Positions 17,946 to 26,388 of a stretch of DNA of 27,361 bases are shown here, piece by piece (the first letter of the stretch is position 1; every line of letters starts with the position of its first letter). The translations under genes were made by a program, and so were the position numbers. The notes beneath the pieces were generated by a model. That model saw only the letters and a list, made by a program, of their open reading frames with translations, was not told where the DNA came from and did not search any database. Location of the stretch: contig JASMDC010000046.1 of assembly GCA_030753015.1 (NCBI GenBank), forward strand, positions 1 through 27,361, read 5' to 3'. This DNA comes from Candidatus Undinarchaeales archaeon. GTDB taxonomy: Archaea; SpSt-1190; JASMDC01.

Positions 17946-17956
17946 GCTTAATAAAC
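17946..17956. promoter_or_regulatory. Bidirectional TATA element for mmp11 and the mtxX operon
   Basis: CTTAATAAAC is the only AT-rich stretch in the 53-bp gap between starts at 17925 (-) and 17979 (+). Confidence 0.65.
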
Positions 17957-17978
17957 CATGCGCCCGGTGGTGGAGGGT

Positions 17979-18827
17979 ATGGGGGCCACCGTGTGGGAGG
18001 CGGTCGTGGCCATGGCACGGGAAAGACCGTCCAAGGTGGCGCTTGGCATGCGTCCCGGTGTGTCCCCTGATGATGACGCCTTCCTTGCCGACGCTGAGCG
18101 GTTCCGATCAGAGGGTTTCGGTTGCCCGATCGTCGTGACGCTCCCCGGTGTGCAGGTCCCCGGCGAACTGGACGTGATCGAGGCCAAGGATCCCGAGCGT
18201 GAGCTCGTCCGCCTGCTGGCCGACGGCGAGGTGGATGCTGCCGTCCGCGGTGCCCTGGACGCCGCAACGACCCTGGGGCACCTGAAGCGCGCCTTCAACG
18301 TCCCTTCGCTCTGTCGTATCGCCCTCCTTCGTGCTGCGAACGGGCAGGAGTTCTTCCTCGCGCCCGTGGGCGTGGTGGAGGGTGCTGCAATGGTCGACCG
18401 TCTCGAGCTCGTGCGACGGTTCACCGAACTGGCCGCACTCCTTGGGATCGAGCCCAAGATATCGGTGCTCGCCGAGGGCAGGATGGAGGACCGTGGGCGA
18501 GGCCGAACCGTGGAGGAGAGCCTTCACGAGGCCGAGCTCATCACGAAGCTGGCCCGGGACCGTCTCGGAGTGACGGACGTCCGGATGACGGGCATCGTCA
18601 TCGAGGAGGCCTTGGAGGACGGACCTCGTCTCGTGCTGGCGCCGAGCGGACCTACCGGCAATCTAGTGTTCCGGAGCCTCGTGTACCTGGGCGCAGGGGA
18701 AGCTCTGGGTGCCCCCGCCTGCTCCCTCCGCCGTCCCTTCGTGGACGTGTCCCGTGGTCGAACGGACGTGCTCAATGCCATGGTCTTCGCGTCCGCGATG
18801 GTGGCCGGGGGATGGGATAATGGGTGA
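17979..18827 (+). CDS. mtxX: Methanogenesis marker protein 4 / MtxX (phosphotransacylase-like fold)
   Basis: VDAAVRG, FFLAPVGVVEG, EPKISVLAEGRMEDRGR, LAPSGPTGNLVFRSLVYLG, FVDVSR motifs; GGAGG before ATG 17979. Confidence 0.88.
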   Translation: MGATVWEAVVAMARERPSKVALGMRPGVSPDDDAFLADAERFRSEGFGCPIVVTLPGVQVPGELDVIEAKDPERELVRLLADGEVDAAVRGALDAATTLGHLKRAFNVPSLCRIALLRAANGQEFFLAPVGVVEGAAMVDRLELVRRFTELAALLGIEPKISVLAEGRMEDRGRGRTVEESLHEAELITKLARDRLGVTDVRMTGIVIEEALEDGPRLVLAPSGPTGNLVFRSLVYLGAGEALGAPACSLRRPFVDVSRGRTDVLNAMVFASAMVAGGWDNG

Positions 18828-20346
18828 TCTGGCCCACGCGCTGGCCGACACACTGGCCGCGCTCGGCTCCCGTCGATGCATGTGCAACCCTGGCCAGGAC
18901 GTCGTTGCCGTTATCGATGCCCTGGAGGGCAGTATGGGGACTACCATGTTCCCAACAGAAGTGGGGGCAGGATTCGCCGCTGACGGGTATCGTCGTGTGG
19001 ACCCGCGGGGGACGGACCTTCCCGTGTGCGTCGTGACCGGCAAGGCCGGTGCCGCACACCTCGCCCTCCCGCTCGAGAACGCGTTCGCCGACGGAGTCGG
19101 GATGCTCGCAGTGACGGGCAGGTGCACCGTGGAGCTTGCGACGGTGAGCGTGGCAAACGTCGACATCGGCGATAACACCAGCAAGGGCCTTCCTGAAGTG
19201 GTGAACGCCTTCGAGCTCGCATGTACGCCACCGCAGGGTCCGGCGCTCGTCACGCTCGACCGTACGGCCCAGTACGGACCGGCCGAAGCAGCGCCCCGTG
19301 AGCTTACCTTCGGGCATCGCGATCCCTCTCCGCGCGATGTGGAACAGGCCACGGACATCATCGCGAGCGCCGAACGACCGCTCATCCTCCTGGGCACTGG
19401 CTGCCTGTCAGGGGACGTGGAGGGCCTGCGCGAGGCCGTGACGGCCATCGGGATCCCCTGTGTGACCTCGATGCCTGCGCGGGGTGTCGTGGACGAGGAG
19501 CTCGAGCAGTGCCTCGGTCCTGCCGGTATGCGCGGCAAGGCAGCAGCGAACGACGCCCTGCGCGGGGCCGACGCTGTCCTCGCCGCTGGCTGCTCACTCT
19601 CTCATCTGACGGTCCCCGTCGGTGCACTGGACGGCACGCGTGTGTTCCGGGTGGACGTACGTGGGCAGGCCGATGCCGATACGGATGCTGCGGCCTTCGT
19701 CACAGCGACCCTACACGCCGTCGATGAGCGTGAGCCGTGGGTCCGGGCCGATGGACCGCTCGTGTACGAGGGTTCGTTCGCGGCACCGGTCGCGGTATCG
19801 TCGATCATGGACACCCTCCGCCCCGGCGACTGCCACGTCTATGATGTGGGGGCGTTCTCCATGTGGGCGTGTGCTGCCGGCACCGTCCGTGAGCCGGGAT
19901 CCTTCCTCATGCCCCATAACGTGTACCCGCTCGGGTACGCCGTCCCGGGGGCCATCGGCGCCCTCATGCGCGGGACACGAGAAAGGATCGTGGCCGTGTG
20001 CGGCGATGGAGGTTTTGTCGCATCGCTGGCCACCCTCCCTATGGCCGCTGAGCACGACATCACGATCGTGGTGCTCGATGACGGGGGGATGGACATCATC
20101 CGCCAGCGGCAGGTCGAGCGAGGGCTCTCCACTTTGACCTCGCACCTACCCCGGACCGATCCCGTGGCGTTAGCGCGTGGCTGTGGCATCGAGTCCGTGC
20201 GTGTCGACCGTCGCGAGGACCTTGTGGCCCAGCTCGAGGGTGCGGGCCGCGGAGCGCTCCTAGTACACTGTCGGCTGGAGCGGGGCCCCAGGATCCTGGG
20301 CGCTCTGGATGGCAACAATTTTAAAGTCAGGGATGGTTCGGGATGA
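18820..20346 (+). CDS. Thiamine diphosphate-dependent enzyme (acetolactate synthase/decarboxylase superfamily)
   Basis: TEVGAGFAADGY (catalytic Glu), GMRG, LGYAVPGAIG, CGDGGF...VVLDDGG ThDP-binding motif; start overlaps the mtxX stop. Confidence 0.9.
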   Translation: MGDLAHALADTLAALGSRRCMCNPGQDVVAVIDALEGSMGTTMFPTEVGAGFAADGYRRVDPRGTDLPVCVVTGKAGAAHLALPLENAFADGVGMLAVTGRCTVELATVSVANVDIGDNTSKGLPEVVNAFELACTPPQGPALVTLDRTAQYGPAEAAPRELTFGHRDPSPRDVEQATDIIASAERPLILLGTGCLSGDVEGLREAVTAIGIPCVTSMPARGVVDEELEQCLGPAGMRGKAAANDALRGADAVLAAGCSLSHLTVPVGALDGTRVFRVDVRGQADADTDAAAFVTATLHAVDEREPWVRADGPLVYEGSFAAPVAVSSIMDTLRPGDCHVYDVGAFSMWACAAGTVREPGSFLMPHNVYPLGYAVPGAIGALMRGTRERIVAVCGDGGFVASLATLPMAAEHDITIVVLDDGGMDIIRQRQVERGLSTLTSHLPRTDPVALARGCGIESVRVDRREDLVAQLEGAGRGALLVHCRLERGPRILGALDGNNFKVRDGSG

Positions 20347-20347
20347 C

Positions 20348-21358
20348 GTGGTCGGTCACATCCTGCAGCTGAAAGCAGAGCTCCTCGCTGATGGCCGGGT
20401 CCGCCTTCATCCGGGCGTTTCCACGATCGGCATCATCTCCGCCCCAACCGCAGGACCGGCAGCGGGCGAGTCTACCGTGTTCATCCGCCTTGACGGCTCC
20501 CGGGTGCGCCTCAGGCTCGACGACCATGCACGTGTGGCCCTGACGGCCGAGGGGACGCTCGAGCGTGACGGTGAGGTCATCGCCACCGGTGTCAAGCTTG
20601 AGCCCGTTGTGGCACACTGCCCGGAACAGGTGTACACGACCGTGGTCCCAGGATGTATCCACAAATGTGCATTCTGCGCCCTTTCGGGGCACGTAGCTGC
20701 CGCCCGCTCCGAGGAGATAATTATTTCACGTATCGAGCATGCATTCAAGTCATCGGTGGTTGTCCCCGTGGCGCTCACGTCCGGTGTGTCACCCGACGGT
20801 TCCGAGCTGGACCTCTGCGTGAGAGTCGTGAATCGCATCAAGGACAAATGGCGCGTGGTCCCGGTCGGAGTGTCGATCTGCATCAAGGACAAGAAGGACC
20901 TCGAGCGGCTCCTTGAGGCCGGGTGCGACGAGATCAAGATCAACCTCGAGGTGGCCGATCCGGACATCCTTCGCAAGGTGTGCCCCCATAAGGACCGGGA
21001 CGCCATCATCGCTCTCATGAAGGAGGCCGTTGAGATGTTCGGCCGGGGCAGAGTGTGCTCCAATATCATCCTCGGCCTCGGGGAGAGCGATCAGGCCGTG
21101 CTGGACACCATGAAAGAGCTTGCAGCAATAGGGGTCGTGGCCAACCTGCGACCGTTGGAGGTGACGCTGGCCGTTGAGCCCGCCCTGGAGCGTGCTCTGG
21201 GGATCGGGGGTTTCGCTCGACCGCAGGCCGACCGGCTCATCCGGCTGGCAGAGGCGCAGTGCAAGATCCTCGCCAAGCACCGTCTTTCGGCCTCCGGTAT
21301 GGACACGATGTGCTCGGCATGCACGGGGTGTGACCTGGCTCCTGGAGAGGACCTGTGA
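20348..21358 (+). CDS. Radical SAM protein (biotin-synthase-related) with extra C-terminal CxxCxxC
   Basis: AHCPEQ, GCIHKCAFC, ALTSG, IKINLE, SNIILGLGE, TMCSACTGCDL; start is GTG 20348 or ATG 20333. Confidence 0.88.
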   Translation: MVGHILQLKAELLADGRVRLHPGVSTIGIISAPTAGPAAGESTVFIRLDGSRVRLRLDDHARVALTAEGTLERDGEVIATGVKLEPVVAHCPEQVYTTVVPGCIHKCAFCALSGHVAAARSEEIIISRIEHAFKSSVVVPVALTSGVSPDGSELDLCVRVVNRIKDKWRVVPVGVSICIKDKKDLERLLEAGCDEIKINLEVADPDILRKVCPHKDRDAIIALMKEAVEMFGRGRVCSNIILGLGESDQAVLDTMKELAAIGVVANLRPLEVTLAVEPALERALGIGGFARPQADRLIRLAEAQCKILAKHRLSASGMDTMCSACTGCDLAPGEDL

Positions 21359-21370
21359 GGTGACCGGGGC

Positions 21371-22543
21371 GTGGTGCGCGAGCTGACGGACGTGGGAGCG
21401 GCATCACTGTACGCACAAAGGATACGACTGAAGGGGCCGATCGAGCTCTACGATTCAACTCTCCGGGACGGCGAGCAGACCCCTGGCGTGTGCTTCACCC
21501 CTGACGAGAAGGAGGCGATCGCGCGCGAGCTCGACGCAGTGGGCGTACCCATCATCGAGGCCGGATTCCCTGTGGTATCGCCCAAGGAGGCCGAGGGCGT
21601 CAGGCGGATCGTGGCTGCTGGACTCGACGCGCGGCTAGTGGCGCTCTCGCGACTCAGGGATGAGGACATCGACGTCGCCGTGGACTGCGGTGTGGATGGC
21701 GTGCTCCTCTTCATCGCGAGCTCGGACGTCCATCTCGACCACAAGCTCCACATGGACCGGGAACAAGTACTGGAGGCCGTCGCCTCTAAGGTTGCCTATG
21801 CTCGCGACCGTGGGCTCCGTGTCCAGTTCACTCCCGAGGACGCGTCCCGGACAGATCCTGCATTCCTCAAAGAAGTGCTCGCCACTGCCGAGTGGGCGGG
21901 TGCCGAGCGTGTGGGCGTGGCCGATACCGTGGGTATCCTCGATCCGGCAGCGACCAGACGGCTGGTGCGTACGGCCATGGAGGCCGTGAAGGTACCGGTC
22001 TCCGTCCACCTCCACAATGACCTGGGTCTGGCGACCGCGAACACCCTTGCAGCCTTCGAGGAGGGGGTCGTGGCCGCTGCCGTGACGGTGAACGGCATCG
22101 GCGAGCGTGCCGGAAACGCCTCCCTGGAAGAGGTCGCTGCGTCGCTGGCCGTCCACTACGGGTACGACTGCGGCATCGACCTCTCCCGACTCACAGAGCT
22201 ATCCGAGCTCGTCTCCCATCTCACGGGCATACCCGTACCAGGCAACAAGGCGGTGGTCGGCCCCAATACGTTCACCCACGAGTCCGGTATCCATGTGGCC
22301 GCAGTACTGGAGGAGCCTGCCACCTACGAACCGTTCCCAGCTGAGCTCGTGGGAGGGCGGCGCAACCTTGTGTTCGGCAAACACAGCGGACGGAAGGCCG
22401 TGCGCCACCTCCTTCGGAAGGAGGGTCTCGCTCATGGTCCCGATGCCGTCGGTCGCGTGCTGGCACTGCTCAAGGACGTGGAGGGGCCGTTGACCCATCG
22501 GGAGCTGATTGTGCTGACAAGGGACGGGGGTACGATGCAGTGA
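21371..22543 (+). CDS. aksA: Homocitrate synthase family (DRE-TIM), no regulatory domain
   Basis: DSTLRDGEQTPG, IEAGFP, EDASR, ADTVG, HLHNDLGLA, NGIGERAGN, HESGIH, GKHSG; 390 aa lacks the LeuA C-terminal regulatory domain. Confidence 0.8.
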   Translation: MVRELTDVGAASLYAQRIRLKGPIELYDSTLRDGEQTPGVCFTPDEKEAIARELDAVGVPIIEAGFPVVSPKEAEGVRRIVAAGLDARLVALSRLRDEDIDVAVDCGVDGVLLFIASSDVHLDHKLHMDREQVLEAVASKVAYARDRGLRVQFTPEDASRTDPAFLKEVLATAEWAGAERVGVADTVGILDPAATRRLVRTAMEAVKVPVSVHLHNDLGLATANTLAAFEEGVVAAAVTVNGIGERAGNASLEEVAASLAVHYGYDCGIDLSRLTELSELVSHLTGIPVPGNKAVVGPNTFTHESGIHVAAVLEEPATYEPFPAELVGGRRNLVFGKHSGRKAVRHLLRKEGLAHGPDAVGRVLALLKDVEGPLTHRELIVLTRDGGTMQ

Positions 22544-23544
22544 CCATACCTCTCGTGGTGGTCCGTGGCGATGGTGTGGGGCCCGAGGTCGTTGACGCGG
22601 CCCTTGCGGCAGCATCCCCCCTTCTGGACGGCTTCGAGCTCGTGGAGGCCCGGATGGGGTTGACATGCTACCGGGAGACTGGGAGCGCGCTGCCCGCGGA
22701 CACGCTCGAGATGCTACGGGACGGAGGGCTCGCCCTCCTTGGCGCGGTCCAGACCCCGCCCAACGCCCATTACAGCTCGCCATTGTTACGTATGCGACGG
22801 GAGCTCGACCTGTTCGCCAACCTGCGCCCGGTCCGCGACCTCCGTGGCGGGCCCGTCGACCTGGTGGTCGTGCGGGAGAACCTCGAGTGCCTGTATGCCG
22901 GTCTCGAAGGCGGTAATGAGGACACTGCCCTGGCGATCCGCGTGATCACACGACAGAATTGCGAGAGGATATCGCGGTTCGCTCTGGAGCTCGCTCGTGA
23001 CCGGTCGGAGGATCACCGGAAGGTGACCTGCGTGCACAAGGCCAACGTACTGGCCCAGACCTGCGGTCTCTTCCGAGACACCTTCACCAGGGTGTCCGGG
23101 GACTACCCGGACGTGCCCGTGGACGAGCTCCATGCGGATGTGTGCGCCATGCGGATGGTCATGGATCCAGGCTCCATGGACGTTCTTGTCACCACCAACA
23201 TGTTCGGTGACATCCTCTCCGACCTGGCCGCGGGACTGGTCGGCGGCCTTGGCACGGTGCCCTCGGGCAACATCGGCGAGCGATGCGCGGTGTTCGAGCC
23301 CGTCCACGGTGCCGCACCAGACATCGCTGGGAAGGGTGTGGCCAATCCGGCCGCCGCCATCCTCTCGCTCGCCATGCTGCTCGAGCATGCGGGGGACATT
23401 GACGGTGGTCGCCGCCTCTCCCGCGCGGTCGAGTCGTGCGTGCTCGCAGGGGAGACCACACCGGACCTTGGCGGGTCCCTTGGCACCGACGCGGTCGCTA
23501 GGGCGGTCCTGCATCGGCTGGAGACCGATACGGTGGAGGGATGA
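22540..23544 (+). CDS. aksF: Isocitrate/isopropylmalate family beta-decarboxylating dehydrogenase, probable homoisocitrate dehydrogenase
   Basis: [56 protein letters not shown]; coupled to the aksA-like gene; AksF versus LeuB assignment is from context. Confidence 0.75.
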   Translation: MTIPLVVVRGDGVGPEVVDAALAAASPLLDGFELVEARMGLTCYRETGSALPADTLEMLRDGGLALLGAVQTPPNAHYSSPLLRMRRELDLFANLRPVRDLRGGPVDLVVVRENLECLYAGLEGGNEDTALAIRVITRQNCERISRFALELARDRSEDHRKVTCVHKANVLAQTCGLFRDTFTRVSGDYPDVPVDELHADVCAMRMVMDPGSMDVLVTTNMFGDILSDLAAGLVGGLGTVPSGNIGERCAVFEPVHGAAPDIAGKGVANPAAAILSLAMLLEHAGDIDGGRRLSRAVESCVLAGETTPDLGGSLGTDAVARAVLHRLETDTVEG

Positions 23545-24188
23545 GGTTGCGCTGGAACGCTCACGTGATGCTCGCGCTGTGCGGACTTCCTGTCATGGCA
23601 CGCCTCCTGCCCGGCTTCGACCTGTTGGCGGACGGGTTTGTGGCCGCCGTAACGCTCTGTCTGGCCGCCATGCTCCCCGACTTCGACCGGGTGGAGGGGC
23701 TGGACCAGGTTCCCGGCTACCTAACGGGCGTCTGGCGACGCACTCTGGCAGGATGCGTGGTGCTCTATCCCCTGTTCCTCGTAGCCCGTTACATGAATGG
23801 CTGGCGCCCTGTCACACCGGACCTGGGGCTCATGCTGCTGCTCTTGGTCCTGGTCGTGGCCTCGTTCGTGGTGCTTGCCATCGCGTTCGCGCTCCTCACA
23901 CGCCTGCTCGGCCTCGCCCATCGGAAGCTACTCCATTCCCTCGTGCTACCGGTCACTGGCGCTGCTGCTGCCATGATTGAGGGCATTCCCATCATAGTCC
24001 CTGTAGCGTTCGTTCTTGGTTTCGGTTCCCATGCACTGGCCGACGCGCTCACACCGTCCGGTGTGTACCCGTTCTATCCCCTCTCGACCCGCCGGATCTC
24101 CCTGGACGTCGTACGCACCGGCGGGTGGGGCGAGCGCTCCTTCTTGGTCGTGTTCTTCATCACGTTCGTGGCCCTGAGTATATTCTAG
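23541..24188 (+). CDS. Membrane-bound metal-dependent hydrolase (YdjM-like)
   Basis: N-terminal His, [25 protein letters not shown] motifs; ATGA overlap with aksF. Confidence 0.85.
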   Translation: MRLRWNAHVMLALCGLPVMARLLPGFDLLADGFVAAVTLCLAAMLPDFDRVEGLDQVPGYLTGVWRRTLAGCVVLYPLFLVARYMNGWRPVTPDLGLMLLLLVLVVASFVVLAIAFALLTRLLGLAHRKLLHSLVLPVTGAAAAMIEGIPIIVPVAFVLGFGSHALADALTPSGVYPFYPLSTRRISLDVVRTGGWGERSFLVVFFITFVALSIF

Positions 24189-24239
24189 CTGGCCTTGGCC
24201 GGCGAAAGGCACTTAAAGCATCACAGGCGTTGCGATAGT

Positions 24240-24644
24240 ATGCTCAGGCCGCTCAGGGAGGAGGTCCAGCGACTCGAGACTCAGGACTATGCGATGCTCG
24301 GTTCCGTTGTGATAATCCTGGCCCTCGCATGGCACCAGTTCCTCACAGAGATGCCTTTAACGAACGTGACCGAGGAGAGCCAGACGGTCTTTATAATCTC
24401 CGGGCTGTTCGACCTTGTGCTCCTGCTGTTCATTCTCAATCTGCTCTTCCACCTCCACCGCATTGAGCGCCGGCTCGAGGGAGAGGTCGAGGCCGTGGAG
24501 GCCGAGGTCAAGGACATCGAGGACGAGGTCGAGGCTGTTGAGGATGAGGTCCATGAGGTTGAGGCCGAGGTCAAGGCCGTCGAGCATGAGGTAGAGACCG
24601 AGCTGGAGCGTTCACGGAAGAAGCGCAGCAAGCGGAAGAAGTAA
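24240..24644 (+). CDS. Small two-TM membrane protein with acidic heptad coiled coil and basic tail
   Basis: TTAAAG box about 25 nt upstream of ATG 24240; two hydrophobic segments; six EVxxVEx-like heptads; RSRKKRSKRKK end. Confidence 0.75.
   Translation: MLRPLREEVQRLETQDYAMLGSVVIILALAWHQFLTEMPLTNVTEESQTVFIISGLFDLVLLLFILNLLFHLHRIERRLEGEVEAVEAEVKDIEDEVEAVEDEVHEVEAEVKAVEHEVETELERSRKKRSKRKK
24483..24608 (+). repeat. Six degenerate 21-bp coding tandem repeats
   Basis: Units beginning GAGGT every 21 nt, e.g. GAGGTCGAGGCCGTGGAGGCC / GAGGTCAAGGACATCGAGGAC. Confidence 0.8.
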
Positions 24645-24768
24645 CGGTCACGGGCCCCTGTCGAGATCCTTTTCCAGGACCTCGCGTACCTTTCTTGCGT
24701 CCCTCGTCGCTCTCCCAGCCCTCGCGAACAGCTATTTAAGTTTGAATGCACAGGACCGCATCGGGCCC

Positions 24769-26343
24769 ATGGCGGATGCTACAGCGCTCATCAACGCCTC
24801 CTATCCGCTCGTGCTCTATGCCAACCTTGCGGCCATCGTGCTCGCCCTCGTGGGGTTGCGCGCGACGTTCACCCGAAGGCTAGCTCCATTACATCGCTCG
24901 TTCCCGTTGCTGGCCATGCTCATCATCGGAGGGTTCGCCCTTCGTGCCGTCCACGGAGTCCAGGTTGACCCCCTCTGGTCCTCTGGCCAGGAGCTACGTA
25001 TCGTGGCCAAGGGGCTTCTCCTCAACCACGAGCTAGCGGACTGCGGGTGGGGGAGCTTCGCGGAATGCGACCGGCCTGGACCACCGGGTCACCCGAGCGG
25101 CTACTCGGCCATGCTAGCTGCGTGGTTCTCGCTCTTCGGTGTCACGCTCTGGTCGGCCCGCGCCTTCTCCCTTTTCGCTAGTACGCTCGCAATCCCGCTC
25201 GCATACATAACTGCATTATTGTTGTGGGATGACCGCCGCGCCGCCGAGGGGGCCGCGCTCATCACGACCGTTCTCCCATGGATCGTGAACTTCGCGGGGC
25301 ACGGGGACCTCGTCCCGGTGACCGCACCATGGGTGCTCCTCTGCGTGTCCGCTTTAGCGCAGGCGGTCCATACTCGGAGTCGCGGACACCAGATGCTCAC
25401 CGTGCTAATCGTGTGCTACGCGGTGCACCTCTCTCTTGAGAACGGGCTCCTCCTGGCCATCCTTGTGCTACTGCCCATCGTTCGACGGATGCTTCCCTTC
25501 CTGGTGGCGGCGCTCTTGGTGCTACCGCTGATCGCATGGCACCTGGATATACCGGGCCATTTCCAACCAGGGGACGCGTCCTCTGTGACACCCTTGGGGA
25601 TGTTCACCATCGAGGCGTTCCTCAGGGACGTTCCCGCCATTGTGAGGGGCCTTATCGCTCCTGATTCGTTCGGATTAATTCCCCTGATCCTCGTCGCGTG
25701 TGCCCTGATAGGGGGGAGGGATCGCCGAGGCAGCACACTGGCGCTGGCGCTCCTTGCCGCGATCTACCTCGTAACGTACGGTGCCTATTGGACCGAGGAC
25801 GTCCACGAGTACCTCCCATTGCCCTTCACTCTTCTTGCGGTCCTGGGTGGACGGGGCCTCGTTGTACTCGCGGGCTGGACAGGGGACGATGATGCCGGCC
25901 GCACACTCGCCGTAGTCGCCATGGTCCTTGCCCTCTCGATTTCCTATGGTCGGTTCTCAACGGTGTACCCGACACTATCCACTCCGGAGGACCTGGTCGC
26001 CGCATCGTCCGTCGCATCGCCAGATGGATATGTGATGACCTCGAGCTGCAACGGTGCACGCGCCCTCCTATTCGCACGCGATGATGTCAGGGCCATATGT
26101 AGCGTCTACGGACTCGAGGTCCTTGAGAGCGGGCTCGCTGAGCGGACGGACGTTCACTTCCTTCGCTCCTGGGAGTGCGACGCCCAGGACGGCTTCTACC
26201 TCCCCAAGCGGGACAGGTACAATCTCTTCTGCCGCTCCATCGAGCGCAACTTCGACATGACCTTCGAAGGTAGCCACGGGGATATAATGGCCTATCGCCT
26301 TTCCCCACGACCGATTGGTGAGCGGTACATTCCCGGGAGCTGA
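24769..26343 (+). CDS. GT-C (family 39/PMT-like) membrane glycosyltransferase
   Basis: GFALR, GHPSGYSAMLAAWFSLFGVTLWSARAFS, AALITTVLPW, YLPLP pattern; more than 10 TM plus a soluble C-terminal domain; TATTTAAG box upstream. Confidence 0.7.
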   Translation: MADATALINASYPLVLYANLAAIVLALVGLRATFTRRLAPLHRSFPLLAMLIIGGFALRAVHGVQVDPLWSSGQELRIVAKGLLLNHELADCGWGSFAECDRPGPPGHPSGYSAMLAAWFSLFGVTLWSARAFSLFASTLAIPLAYITALLLWDDRRAAEGAALITTVLPWIVNFAGHGDLVPVTAPWVLLCVSALAQAVHTRSRGHQMLTVLIVCYAVHLSLENGLLLAILVLLPIVRRMLPFLVAALLVLPLIAWHLDIPGHFQPGDASSVTPLGMFTIEAFLRDVPAIVRGLIAPDSFGLIPLILVACALIGGRDRRGSTLALALLAAIYLVTYGAYWTEDVHEYLPLPFTLLAVLGGRGLVVLAGWTGDDDAGRTLAVVAMVLALSISYGRFSTVYPTLSTPEDLVAASSVASPDGYVMTSSCNGARALLFARDDVRAICSVYGLEVLESGLAERTDVHFLRSWECDAQDGFYLPKRDRYNLFCRSIERNFDMTFEGSHGDIMAYRLSPRPIGERYIPGS

Positions 26344-26388
26344 CGTAAAGGGAAGGTATAAACGGGAGTTGCAGGGCACGAGCGTACA

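Noticed and set aside
18820-23544. Plain branched-chain amino acid operon (ilvB-leuA-leuB)
   Set aside because: No ilvH/ilvC/ilvD/leuCD in the window, the synthase lacks the LeuA regulatory domain, and the genes are interleaved with methanogen markers; not fully excluded without phylogeny
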